Shown: positions 47,416-57,806 of the stretch, piece after piece
How the letters are laid out: every line of letters begins with the position of its first letter
How positions within the stretch are numbered: the stretch's first letter is position 1
The notes under the pieces: model-generated
Seen by the model: the letters and a program-made list of their open reading frames with translations, nothing else
Told to the model about the DNA's origin: nothing
The model's database searches: none
From: an uncultured Phycisphaerales bacterium
GTDB taxonomy: Bacteria > Planctomycetota > Phycisphaerae > Tepidisphaerales > Tepidisphaeraceae
Assembly (NCBI GenBank): GCA_963758525.1
Contig: CAVWVQ010000003.1
Coordinates: 96,001 to 160,000, forward strand
DNA: 64,000 nucleotides
Direction of reading: 5' to 3'
Made by a program: the position numbers and the translations under genes

Positions 47416-47889
47416 GTGAAACGAGCCCTTCCGACGTTACTCGCACTGGTCTGGTCGCTGTGGCTGGGCGGACTGGTCGTGATGTTTATCTCGGTTCACT
47501 CACTCTTCATCACCTTCGCCAGCGACCATTCAATTGCGGGACTGGCGGCCAGCGGAATATTCTGGCGATTTAACCGATATCAACTCGTGCTCGCGGCGAT
47601 CGCGCTGATCGGCAGCTTCGCCTGGCGGATCGCTTCGGGACGCAGCGCGGTCACCGGGTTGTTCTTCTGCTTTGGGCTGGCGTCGTTCGCGGCCATTGTT
47701 GTGGCGGGAATCATCACGCCGCATCTCGAAGCCATGCGGATCGCCCGCGAAACGCATACCCTGCGATTCGTCCGACTGCATGGAATCTCCATGCTGCTCT
47801 ATCTCTCGGAAGTGATTTGCCTTCTCATCGGCGGATTGATGCTGCCCTATCTGATCCGCCGGATTGCTCAGGACGAACCGCGCGGTTGA
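47416..47889 (+). CDS. DUF4149 (TMEM205-like) membrane protein
   Basis: AAGGA RBS + GTG; SLWLGG, four TM segments, ITP.L, F..LHGIS. Confidence 0.75.
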   Translation: MKRALPTLLALVWSLWLGGLVVMFISVHSLFITFASDHSIAGLAASGIFWRFNRYQLVLAAIALIGSFAWRIASGRSAVTGLFFCFGLASFAAIVVAGIITPHLEAMRIARETHTLRFVRLHGISMLLYLSEVICLLIGGLMLPYLIRRIAQDEPRG

Positions 47890-48721
47890 GCAGCCTGGCA
47901 GAGCAGCAGGAAATCCGCCGGCGAAAGCTCCTCCGGGCGGCGCCGGCCGTCGAATCCGGTCGTCTCCAGAATCACTTCGGCATTCTCACCGGCCTCGGTC
48001 AGCGCCTTGCGCAACGTCTTGCGGCGGTACGAAAAAACCGCGTGAATTAATTTTCCAAATCCCGCGGCATCTTTCCCCAGTTGATCGTGCCGCCGGACGC
48101 GTACCAGTGCGCTCTCGATGCTCGGGGCTGGCCAGAAGACCTGCGGCCCCAGCGTCCGCAGCAATTCCACCGACGATAACAGTTGGGCCATCACCGACAG
48201 CGGGCCGTATGCGTCATCGCCAGCGCCGCGCGCAGGCGCATCGCAACTTCCTTCTGCACGGTGAACGCCAGCAATTCCACTCCAGCAAGGAGCAGTTCGA
48301 TGATGAGCGGCGACGCGATGTTGTACGGCAGATTCGCGACAAGCCGAGCCTGCCGCCCCTCATCGCGGACCGATCGGATCTTCCCCGCCAGCTCGGCATT
48401 GATCTGATGCTTGCCAGCAAGCGCGTCGCCTTCAATCAGCGTGAAGTTTTCCCGAGTCCCGAGTCTGTCGCGCAGCAGCCTGGCAAGATCGCGATCGATC
48501 TCGACCGCGGCAACCTGTGCACCGCGATCGAGAAGCTCCTCGGTTAGCGTTCCGGTCCCCGGACCTACCTCAACGACAAAGTCCCCTGCCGCGATTTCTC
48601 CCGCATCCGCCACGAGTCGCACAATGTTGCGGTCGATCATGAAGTTCTGGCCAAACCGATGGCGAGGCTGCATGCCGGCGGCGGCAAGGAGCGCTTCGAT
48701 GTCGTGCTTGGTTTGTGACAT
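47868..48721 (-). CDS. rsmA: 16S rRNA adenine dimethyltransferase; frameshift near 48225
   Basis: FGQNFMID, EVGPGTGTLT, VANLPYNI, VQKEVA.R, FWPAPSIESA, RRKTL, RRPEELS. Confidence 0.95.
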
Positions 48722-48726
48722 GAGGA

Positions 48727-48890
48727 GGGTTCAGGGTTCAGGGTTCAGGGTTCAGGGTTCAGGGTTCAGGCATTTGAACTTTTTCATTTTTCATTTGCCA
48801 TTTTTCATTTGCCATTTTTCATTTGCCATTTTTCATTCTGCGTTGCCCACCAGACGAAGAAATGAAAAATGAAAAGTGGAAAATGAAAAA
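48727..48890. repeat. Heptamer tandem arrays: (GGGTTCA)6 followed by TTTTCAT/TTGCCAT repeats and complementary ATGAAAA repeats
   Basis: Directly visible; the second array forms an inverted pair. Confidence 0.9.
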
Positions 48891-48989
48891 GATAAAACTT
48901 GGAGGGCCAGTCCCTCTCCTCGACGGTGAGGTTACGCGGCGGAAGGACATTCGGCGAATTCAAAGTCAATCGCTACAATCCTTCCCATT

Positions 48990-49478
48990 ATGAAATCCTA
49001 CGAAGTCATTCGGCAAGCGGTGGAAGAGCCGGGCGTGAAAACGGTGGCGGCGGCGCTGAAGGTCTCGTCGGCGCTGGTTTATAAATGGTGCGAGCCGCCG
49101 GCGGAGAAGGAGGATCCGGATCAGAGCGGCGCGAAGAATCCGCTGGATCGGGTGCGCGAGATGTACCAGCTCACCAAGGACATTCGGCTGATCCGCTGGC
49201 TCTGCAATGATGCAGGCGGGTTCTTCGTGGCAAGCCCCAAGCCGGAAACGACCAAGAGCCTGGATGAGTCGATCTTCACGGAAACGCGCGGCATGGTGCG
49301 CGACTTCAGCGAGCTTCTGGAAACCGTGACGGAGTCGATGGAAAACGAACCGGGGATCGACGTCGAGGAAGCCGATGACATCCGCCAAAAGTGGGAGGAT
49401 CTCAAGGCGTGCGTCGAAAAGTTCGTGCTCAGCTGCGAAAAAGGGCATTATCTGCCGCCGGGCGGGGGAAAGAAGTAG
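48990..49478 (+). CDS. Phage CII-like regulatory protein
   Basis: HTH-like GVKTVAAALKVSSALVYKWCE, NPLDRV, WLC...GGFFV, EEADDIRQKWEDLK. Confidence 0.7.
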   Translation: MKSYEVIRQAVEEPGVKTVAAALKVSSALVYKWCEPPAEKEDPDQSGAKNPLDRVREMYQLTKDIRLIRWLCNDAGGFFVASPKPETTKSLDESIFTETRGMVRDFSELLETVTESMENEPGIDVEEADDIRQKWEDLKACVEKFVLSCEKGHYLPPGGGKK

Positions 49479-49516
49479 ATATCAGATCGACCGGTTGAGC
49501 GCCGACGCACGAGACG

Positions 49517-49594
49517 GGAGAACTGAACGTGACGCAGGGAGAACTAAACGTGGAGAACTAAACGTGACCAACGTGGAGAACTAAACGTGACGCA
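49517..49594. repeat. Four direct copies of GGAGAACT(A/G)AACGTG
   Basis: Copies at about 49517, 49538, 49552 and 49575 with irregular short spacers. Confidence 0.85.
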
Positions 49595-49620
49595 AACCTT
49601 AACCTTAATAATTTCACCGG

Positions 49621-49928
49621 CTAGCATGCCTTCCTTTGACCGATGACCGTTGCCAGAGCCTGTGCGATCAGTTCCGAGCGACCCAGGCCATTTTCCTTGG
49701 CAACCTTGTCCGCCGCCCTGAGCAGACCGCGCTCCAGCACGATGTTTACGCGCTCAGTTTTTGAGGTCTTTCGCGCACGCTCGGGCCGATGCCTGCGGGA
49801 TTTTTCCCACACGCCCGTTCGGCCATGCTCAACGGCCGGATCTTGCCAAGAACCGATCCATTGAGGTCTTTGGTCGCCCGCCGCAATTCGGCGGTCGTCA
49901 TTTCCGTCCAGGGCTTCTTGGGCTTCAT
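49621..49928 (-). CDS. Ribbon-helix-helix antitoxin-like protein; frameshift near 49812
   Basis: MKPKKPWTEMTTAELRRATK...RPLS joined to RVNIVLERGLLRAADKVAKENGLGRSELIAQAL. Confidence 0.7.
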
Positions 49929-50035
49929 TTGTTTCTTCTCCGGTAGATTCGTTTGTCCTTTTCCGTCAACGGCTGCGCATGGATCACAAACAGCGTGCCG
50001 TCGGCGTCGATAACAAACGCAACCCGAACTTCAAT
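49925..50035 (-). pseudogene. 3' remnant of a BrnT-like toxin
   Basis: Manual translation VRVAFVIDADGTLFVIHAQPLTEKDKRIYRRRNK*; ATGA overlap with the antitoxin; no recognisable N-terminal half. Confidence 0.6.
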
Positions 50036-50347
50036 GCAACTGTCAACATCGCGGGCGGTTGCGGAATGCATGAGACGCGCACCAGGGGGTTGTCTCGTCT
50101 CATTTGGTTGCGTTGAGAAGACAACGGATGGTAATCCGTTGGCTTTCGGGGCTCAATCCATGCGACGTGCGACCACCCGCCGTTTGCGCCATTCGGTCGC
50201 ATTGAAGCCGGTAGCTCTTACAACTGACGACCTGACGACCGCGGGTGTTGAGCGCCGACGCACAAAGCAGTATGATCTCCGCCCCACGTAGCGCCCGGAA
50301 GCGGAAGCAGACTCCCGTTACGTTCGAGGACTTCAACGAGGTAAACA

Positions 50348-50701
50348 ATGTCTCTGGATCCGAGCCTGAAGAGCGCCAACGCACTGATTCGCCACCGCAA
50401 CGTTTTGACGCGCGATGAGCGTCTGACGACTCTCAAAGACCAGGAAAAGTGGCGCGACGGAATGAGCGTTTTCGGGCTTCCCAAAGTGGCCCATCGCAAG
50501 CAGGCGCTGGCCAAGGCCGAGAAGGCGGAGGCCACGGAAGAGGGTGCAACGCCCGCGGCAGCGGGCGCGGCGCCGGCCGCTGGCGCCAAGGGTGCAGCTC
50601 CTGCCAAGGGCTCAGCACCGGCAGCGAAAGGCGCAGCCCCCGCCGCCAAGGGCGCCGCTCCGGCCGCCAAGGCGGCCGCGCCGGCAGCGAAGAAAAAATA
50701 A
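50348..50701 (+). CDS. PVC-superphylum signature small basic protein with Ala/Lys/Pro-rich tail
   Basis: MSLDPSLK....RHRNVLTR.ER...L.....W..G.SVFGLPKV core; AKGAAPA repeats; GAGG RBS. Confidence 0.88.
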   Translation: MSLDPSLKSANALIRHRNVLTRDERLTTLKDQEKWRDGMSVFGLPKVAHRKQALAKAEKAEATEEGATPAAAGAAPAAGAKGAAPAKGSAPAAKGAAPAAKGAAPAAKAAAPAAKKK

Positions 50702-50709
50702 CTTGGGCG

Positions 50710-51827
50710 ATGTCTTCCCCCTCCAGATTCATTTCCGGGCGATCGCTGAGCGTGGATGCTTCGGGCATCCGCAAGGTGTTCGACCTGGCAGCGAAGATGA
50801 AAGACCCGATCAATTTTTCGATCGGGCTTCCTGACTTCGATGTGCCGGACGTGGCGAAGCAGGCGGCAATCGGCGCGATCCAATCGGGGCACAATCGTTA
50901 CACCCAGACACAAGGGATCGCGCCGCTGCGCGAGCGGCTGCGGAGGGATCTGAGCGCGGAAATCGGCCGAGACGTTGGCGAGGTGCTCATCACCAGCGGT
51001 GTGAGCGGCGGATTGTTTCTCGCGATGCTTGCGACGATTGATCCGGGCGACGAGGCGATCTTCCTCGACCCCTACTTCGTCATGTACAAGCACCTGCTGT
51101 CGCTGGTCGGCGGCAAGTCTGTGATTGTCGACAGCTATCCGGATTTTCGCTTTCGCGCCGATCGGGTGGAGAAGGTGATCACGCCACGGACGAAGCTGCT
51201 GATTCTCAATTCCCCCAGCAATCCAACCGGCGTGGTCATGAGCCGGGAGGAAGTGGCTGATGCCGTTGAACTGGCGCAAGCACGATCTGCTGATCGTCTC
51301 CGACGAGATTTACGAACCGTTTCTTTACGATCAGAACGGCGCACTGGCCTCACCGGCGCGATCGTACGAAAACACCTTGCTGCTGCGCGGGTTTTCGAAA
51401 AGCCACGCGATGACAGGCTGGCGGCTGGGCTATGCCGCGGGTCCCGAGCCGGTGATCTCCGCGATGACGAAGCTTCAGCAGTACACGTTCGTGTGCGCGC
51501 ACAGCGCCATTGCAATATGCGGCGCTGGCGGCGCTGGACGTGCCGATGAACAGCGCCGTGGCGGCGTACCGTCTCAAACGTGATCTGGTCGTGGAGAAGT
51601 TGAGCCGAAAGTTCGAAATCGTGCAGCCGGGGGGCGCATTCTACATTTTCCCAAAAGTCCCCGGCGGGATCACCGCCAGTGACTTTGTGACCCGCGCGAT
51701 CGAAAACAATGTGCTGATCATCCCCGGCAACGTCTTCTCCGAGCGCGATACGCACTTCCGAATCAGTTACGCCACGACAGACGAGAGGCTATCGCGCGGC
51801 TGCGACATCCTCTGCTCGATCGCATAA
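50710..51827 (+). CDS. Class I/II PLP-dependent aminotransferase; frameshifts near 51275 and 51500
   Basis: SIGLPDF, NSPSNPTG, SDEIY, GFSKSHAMTGWRLGY, GGAFYIF, FRISYA. Confidence 0.92.
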
Positions 51828-51834
51828 TAACCCT

Positions 51835-54477
51835 CTACCGATCATCGATGTCATCGGGGATCTGATCCAGATCACGATATGACCTGGGCCTGGGCAATGG
51901 CTCGGGAAGTATCGGCTCATCGTGAATCAAATGGCGATCCGTCGATCCGGTGCGCTGCACCGGCGGCAGCGGGAGCGGCAGTTGTCTCGTCGCCGGAGGC
52001 GTTGGAAGCGGTTCGCGAGCGACTTGAGCCTGCGGCTCCTCGCGCTCCTCTGACGCCAAGGGACCGCTGCGACGGCGGCCTCTTCCGCCGCGACGGCGTC
52101 GGCGCTGCGCGGCGCTCCATCTTCCCCGATCTCAATGGGCTCGCCCCCAGCAGGCGCAATTTCAGCGTCGATTTCCGCCGCGGATTCCTCCGATGCGGCA
52201 ATTTCCTCGCGGGGCTCATCGGGGAAGTCATCTTCGTCACGGACGGGAGTCATTTCATCGGCATCCATCGCGTCGTCCGGCGCGGAGCGGATTTCATCGC
52301 GATCGAATTCTCGCTGCGGGGGACGCCGCTCGTCGGTGCGCGGAGCATTCAGGCGCGGCACATCCCGGCGCGGCTCGTTGAGCCGCGGGCCATCCTGGCG
52401 GGAATCATCGGTGCGCGGGCCCGGCGCCTGGCCCTGTGCATTCTGGCCGCCGCGTCCGCGACCCCGACGACCGCGGCGACGGCGCCGGCGACGCGGCCCT
52501 CCATCGTCAGCCTGGTCAGTGTCGCCCAGAGGCGCTTCGGCGCGATTGCCGAGCGAATCCTCGGCCGCCTCGGAACCTGCCTCGGTGTCCAGCGCGGGAG
52601 CGAACGGCTCGCGCTGCGGTACGTCGTCGGTCGGCTCATCTAGCTCGACACCGGCGCCGGCTTCGATTTCAACATCTTCAACCGCATCATCATGATCTTC
52701 GCGTTCACCGCGATCGTCGCGCTCGCTGCGCTGCTCAAAGTCGTCCTCTTCATGATCCAGATCGAACGCCTCGTCGCGCGGCGCCGCGGCGCGAGGCGGC
52801 GGCAACTGTGGACGGCCAGGCGGACCGCCGCGCGGCCGACGATCGTCCAAACGCCCCTGCTGCTGCGGGCGCTGGTTGCCGGGCGGGCGCTGCTGCGGGC
52901 GAATGCCGAGCTGTGTTGTGTGCGGCGGCGGGCTCAGAACCGCGGACAGCTCTTCGATAATGACCAGCCCATCGCGGCTGTCGAATGGATCCAGGCGCAT
53001 CTCGTCGAGCCCCAGCGCCGGATCAGAGCGGATGATCACGCGCTTGCGGGTGTTAGCTTCCATGTCCGCAATCTGGATGCGCTTGCGATTCTGCAGATAA
53101 AACGCCACATCGGTGCAAATCGCCAGCTCGACGCGCACCACGCGCTGATCGGTCAGCGCAATTGCAAGGCGGCGCATTACGTCGAGACTCATGCTCTCGG
53201 GCGTCTTCACCAGCCCGGCGCCTTTGCAATGCGGGCAGTCGAAATAAATCGAGCGTTTCAACGACGGCCGCATGCGCTGGCGGGTCATTTCGATGATGCC
53301 GAACTCGCTCATCGGCAACACTTTCGTCTTGGCGCGATCGTTCTTGAAATTGTCATTCAGCCGTTTCCACAACTCACGGCGATGGCGCTCGAAGCGCAAG
53401 TCGATGAAGTCGCAGATGATCACCCCGCCGAGGTCGCGCAGCCGAAGCTGGCGGGGAATCTCGTCGGCGGCTTCCATGTCGGTCTTGAAGGCCGTGGTTT
53501 CAGCGTCGCTGTGATCGCGAAACTTGCCGCTGTTGACGTCGATCGCGACAACCGCTTCCGTGGAGTCGATCACCAGCGACCCCCCGCTGCGCAGCGGAAC
53601 GTGCCGGCTGTACATCAGCTCGATATCGCGCTCAATGCCGTAGCGGTGAAAAAGCGGGACCGTTTCCTCGTAGAGATCGACCTTGTTCTTCGCGCGGATT
53701 GGCGAGCTTGATGACTTCCTTGACGCGTTTGGCGACCTCCTTGTTGTCGACGACGATCGCGTCGATCTCGGTGCTGAAGAAATCGCGGACGGTGCGCGCG
53801 ACCAGATCGCCCTCGGTGTAAAGCTCCATCGGACCGGGGCCGGAGGCGCGCTTTTTGTCGAGCGTCAGCCACAGGCGCGTGAGGTAGGTCAAGTCGCGCT
53901 GGATGTCGGTTTTGCTCTTGCCGATGCCGGCGGTGCGGATGATGAATCCGACGTCCTTCGGCGGCTTGAGCGAGTCGAGGATCTGCCGGAGCCGGCGGCG
54001 CTCTTCGTCGTCTTCGATCTTCCGCGACACGCCCATCTTTCCCAGGCCCGGCATCATCACGAGGATGCGACCGGGGATGGAGAGATAAGTGGTCAGCGTC
54101 GGTCCCTTGGTGCCGATTCCTTCCTTGATGATCTGCACGACGATTTCGTCGCCGCGGCGCAGGCATCGCTGGATCGGGGGGCGATCGCGGCGCACCATCT
54201 TCCGGCCCACGGTTTCGCGCACATCTTCACCGTCGCGGCCGAAATAGGTCGGCATCAGGTCGGAGATGTGGAGAAATCCGTTGCGCCCCAGCCCAAAGTC
54301 GACAAACGCCGCCTGGATCGACGGCTCGACGTTGGTGACGCGCCCCTTATAGATGTTTCCGACATGACTCGTGGCGCTCGTCCGCTCCATGTAGAGCTCT
54401 TCGAGCACGCCGTCTTCCAGGAGAGCGATTCGGCATTCCTCGCCCTCGGAGACGTTGATCAACATTTCCTTTTTCAT
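51835..54477 (-). CDS. rne: Rne/Rng family ribonuclease with long disordered C-terminus; frameshifts near 53690 and probably near 52030
   Basis: GNIYKGRV..VEPSIQAAFVD, KEGIGTKGP.LT, AIDVNSG, QLRLRDLGGVI..DFID, CPHCKG; acidic and Arg-rich tail. Confidence 0.9.
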
Positions 54478-54485
54478 CCGTAGTG

Positions 54486-54582
54486 AGGGTTCAGGGTTCG
54501 GGGTTCAGGGTTCAGGATTCAGAAAGGAAGGCACATGTGTGCTCGTCTCACTGAACCTTGAACCTTGAACCCCGATACCCTC
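54486..54582. repeat. Inverted pair of GGGTTCA / TGAACCC heptamer arrays (additional TGAACCC array at 54677-54706)
   Basis: Directly visible. Confidence 0.9.
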
Positions 54583-54706
54583 GCCCTTGTTCTCCAAAAT
54601 TAAGTGCCTGTGGAACTAATTACCTCTTGGGAATCGGAGTGCACGATCGAGTCAGGGACAGGACGGCACTTGCTTCCTGAACCCTGAACCCTGACACCCC
54701 GAACCC

Positions 54707-56446
54707 TTAGAATGCTTCTGGAACGATTTTCCTGGTCTCCTCGCGGAGAAAATGCATTACCTGGCGCTCGCTGTCGAAGCTCATGACCCGCCGCGCCACT
54801 TCGCGCGCGTGCTCCATGCTCGTCGAGCGAATGACTTTCTTGACCTCCGGGATATCCGGGCCGTTCATGCTGAACGTGTTCAAACCCAGCCCCAGCAGCA
54901 GGAGAGTGTACATGGGGTCGCCGGCCATTTCACCACAGACGCTCACACTAATCGAGTTTCTGGTGCCGGCGCGAATCACATCCCGTAGCAGCAGGAGCAC
55001 CGCCGGATGTGCCGGGCAAAAGAGCCCGGCAACTTTTTCGTTGGTCCGGTCGACTGCAAGAGTATATTGAATCAGATCGTTGGTGCCGATGGAAAAGAAG
55101 TTCACCTCGCGGGCAAATTGATTGCACATCAGCGCCGCCGAGGGCACCTCCACCATCATTCCAACCGGGATCTCCTTGCGGAACTGAACGGATTCATCCT
55201 CCAGCTCTTCCTCGACATCCCGCAGCACCATTTTAGCCTGCCGAAGCTCCATGAGCGTGCAGATCATGGGAAACATGATCCGAACGTCGCCGTGCATGCT
55301 GGCCCGGAGGATCGCCCGCAGTTGCCGCTTGAACATGGGAATGTCATGCAGGCACATGCGGATGGAGCGGTCGCCGAGAAATGGATTGCGCTCGGGGTTT
55401 ACCGCCTGGTCCTGCGTGTATTTATCGGCCCCCAGGTCCAGGGTGCGGATCACCAGCGGGCGGCCGCCCAGGCGGTGGAGCGCGTCGGCGTACGCCTGAT
55501 AATGCTCCTCTTCGCTGGGCTCGTGATCGGAGGCGAGATATAGAAATTCGGTGCGATAGAGGCCGATTCCCTGTGCCCCGTGGCGCAGCGCGTCATCGAT
55601 GTCACCGGCAAACTCGATATTTGCCTGCAGGCTGACGCTGTGACCGTCCTGGGTTTCGGCGGGCAGATCGGCCAGACCGGCCAGTTCATCCCCCATCGCG
55701 GTAAACTTGCGGCCCGCTTCGACGTGCTCGGCCAGTTGCTCCGCATCGGGATCGACGATCACCACCCCGCGGGTGCCGTCGATGATGACGATGTCCCCGG
55801 CACTGACTTCCGCCGTGATATTTCCAAGACCGACGACTGCCGGTATTCCCATTGCCCGGGCGACGATCGCAGTATGGCTGGTGCGCCCCCCCGCGTCGGT
55901 GGCGAAGCCCTTCACGTGCGTGCGGTCGAGGGCGGCGGTCTGTGACGGGAGCAGATCGTGCGCAATCAGGATCACGTCATGCGTCAGATGAAGCAAATCC
56001 CCCTGCCGTTCGCCAATGAGCTGGCGGAGAATGCGCTTTTCGATGTCGCGGACGTCCTTGACGCGCTCCGCCATGTAAACGTCCGTCATCTTCTCGAACG
56101 TGTTGGCGTAGAGGTGCATGACCGTGCTCACCGCGTACTCGGAGGTGCTCTTGTTCGAGGCAATCTCCTGACGCATTTGAGACACCGTCGATTTGTCCCG
56201 CAGAATGGCAACGTGGAAATCGAGGATGTTGCCCACTTCGGGCGCGTGGGCGGCCTTGATCGAATCGCGCAGGGCCATCAGATCGGCCATGCAGCGGGCG
56301 AGGGCGTCGTCGAGGCGGCGCAATTCCTCGGGAACCTGGTCCTCGGCGATATGTCGCTCGGGAATGACAAGATCCTCGGCGTGCAGCACCAGCGCCGTGC
56401 TGATCGCAACACCGGGAGAAACTCCTATGCCCTTCTTGATCTCCAT
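54707..56446 (-). CDS. ptsI: PTS enzyme I
   Basis: GGRTSHTAIVAR phospho-His, GIGLYRTEFL, RTLDLGADK, ERNPFLG.R, SIGTNDLIQY, CGEMAG. Confidence 0.96.
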   Translation of the reverse strand: MEIKKGIGVSPGVAISTALVLHAEDLVIPERHIAEDQVPEELRRLDDALARCMADLMALRDSIKAAHAPEVGNILDFHVAILRDKSTVSQMRQEIASNKSTSEYAVSTVMHLYANTFEKMTDVYMAERVKDVRDIEKRILRQLIGERQGDLLHLTHDVILIAHDLLPSQTAALDRTHVKGFATDAGGRTSHTAIVARAMGIPAVVGLGNITAEVSAGDIVIIDGTRGVVIVDPDAEQLAEHVEAGRKFTAMGDELAGLADLPAETQDGHSVSLQANIEFAGDIDDALRHGAQGIGLYRTEFLYLASDHEPSEEEHYQAYADALHRLGGRPLVIRTLDLGADKYTQDQAVNPERNPFLGDRSIRMCLHDIPMFKRQLRAILRASMHGDVRIMFPMICTLMELRQAKMVLRDVEEELEDESVQFRKEIPVGMMVEVPSAALMCNQFAREVNFFSIGTNDLIQYTLAVDRTNEKVAGLFCPAHPAVLLLLRDVIRAGTRNSISVSVCGEMAGDPMYTLLLLGLGLNTFSMNGPDIPEVKKVIRSTSMEHAREVARRVMSFDSERQVMHFLREETRKIVPEAF

Positions 56447-56461
56447 GATTTTCAGGCTGGG

Positions 56462-56545
56462 AGGGTCGAGGGTTCAGGGTTCAGGGTTCAGTGAGAGGGA
56501 CTTTCCCTTCTTTCCTGAACCCTGAACCCTGACACCCTGAACCCT
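56462..56545. repeat. Inverted pair of GGGTTCA / TGAACCC heptamer arrays
   Basis: Directly visible between ptsH and ptsI. Confidence 0.9.
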
Positions 56546-56554
56546 GGTCAGCGC

Positions 56555-56836
56555 CTATTCTTCGCCGAACTTGGTTTCGAACAGTTCGGCAAGCTTTTCC
56601 ACGGCAGTGGCAGCGTCCTCGCCGTCGGCGAGAATCCGCAGCGGCGTCCCGATCACCGCTTCCAGCGTGATCATCTGCATGACGCTCTTTCCGTCCACTT
56701 CAAGCGGATCGTCCCCGCCGCGCACGACGGTGACCTGAGAGGTAAATCCGTTGGCCACGTCCACGAACTGCATCGCCGGGCGCGCATGCAGGCCGCGTTC
56801 GTTGGAGACGACGACTTCTCGTGAAACCATGCCCAT
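56555..56836 (-). CDS. ptsH: Phosphocarrier protein HPr
   Basis: GLHARPA, VDGKSVM, GEDA. Confidence 0.93.
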   Translation of the reverse strand: MGMVSREVVVSNERGLHARPAMQFVDVANGFTSQVTVVRGGDDPLEVDGKSVMQMITLEAVIGTPLRILADGEDAATAVEKLAELFETKFGEE

Positions 56837-56908
56837 ACATGAGTGACCCAGGCGTTCAAACCGGCGATGACAGGCGCGGTGCGCGCGCACCGCTGCGGCC
56901 CGGAACGG

Positions 56909-57376
56909 CTACTTGCCCTGATTGGCCTCGTCGACGAGTTCAATGATCGCCTCGCGCGTCGCGGCCTGGCGAAGGAAGCGCCGAAACATGTCTTCCTGCA
57001 GGTTGCTGAAAACGATGTTCATCGCCTGCAGGTGTTGTTGCGGCTGGTTCTCGGGAGACAGCAGGAGGACGATGCTGTAGACCGGCTGATGATCCAGCGC
57101 GGCAAAGTCGATCCCTGCCGAACTGCGCCCGATCGTCCCGGCCATCTGCTTGACCTTGGCATGTTTGACGTGCGGAACCGCAACGCCTTTGCCAAAACCG
57201 GTCGAGCCGTTCTGCTCGCGCTTCACCAGCGACGCGACCACTTCATCGACCGCGTTCTTGGGCAGCGCGCCGCTTTCCGCCAGGGCGGCGCACAACTCGC
57301 GAATCGCGCCGTCGCGATCCGTGGCTTTCAATTCCGGGGCAATTGCCTCGGTGACAATAAAATCTCGCAGCTTCAT
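56909..57376 (-). CDS. ptsN: PTS EIIA (Ntr/fructose-type)
   Basis: REQNGSTGFGKGVAVPH, GIDFAALD.QPV. Confidence 0.85.
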   Translation of the reverse strand: MKLRDFIVTEAIAPELKATDRDGAIRELCAALAESGALPKNAVDEVVASLVKREQNGSTGFGKGVAVPHVKHAKVKQMAGTIGRSSAGIDFAALDHQPVYSIVLLLSPENQPQQHLQAMNIVFSNLQEDMFRRFLRQAATREAIIELVDEANQGK

Positions 57377-57464
57377 GTTCTTCAACTCCAGTCCCAAGCC
57401 AACACCACCCGCGCCCGGCCGGCGTACGGCCGCACCGATGTCTCGGCCGCCGACGCACGACCGG

Positions 57465-57770
57465 CTAATCGTTGGGGTGCTTGCGGTTTCGGTACTTCTT
57501 TTTGTGCTCGGTCAGTTGCCGTTCCAGCTTATGCACGCACCCGTCGATGCACGCATACGCGTCGCCGATCTCGTGATGCGCGATAAACATGTTTTTGTGT
57601 TCCGCGTTCACGATCATCTCAACGCGGGTGATGTCCTTCCCGGCGTCGAACACCACCTCGATTTCCTGTATCAGATCGTAATATTTCTCCAGTTTGTGCG
57701 CCTTCTGCTCCGCGTAGCTTTTCAGCGGCGGGGTCACGTCCATGTGCCGCGAAGATACAATGACTAACAC
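57465..57770 (-). CDS. hpf: Ribosome hibernation factor HPF/RaiA
   Basis: SRHMDVTPPLKSYAEQK..KLEKY, DAYACID...KLERQL..HK. Confidence 0.92.
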   Translation of the reverse strand: MLVIVSSRHMDVTPPLKSYAEQKAHKLEKYYDLIQEIEVVFDAGKDITRVEMIVNAEHKNMFIAHHEIGDAYACIDGCVHKLERQLTEHKKKYRNRKHPND

Positions 57771-57806
57771 CGGCTTCTCCTTTCGCCCAAAAGCACGCCT
57801 TTGGGC

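Noticed and set aside
49517..49594. Mini CRISPR array
   Set aside because: Repeats are only 15 nt, spacers are under 10 nt and irregular, and no cas genes are present
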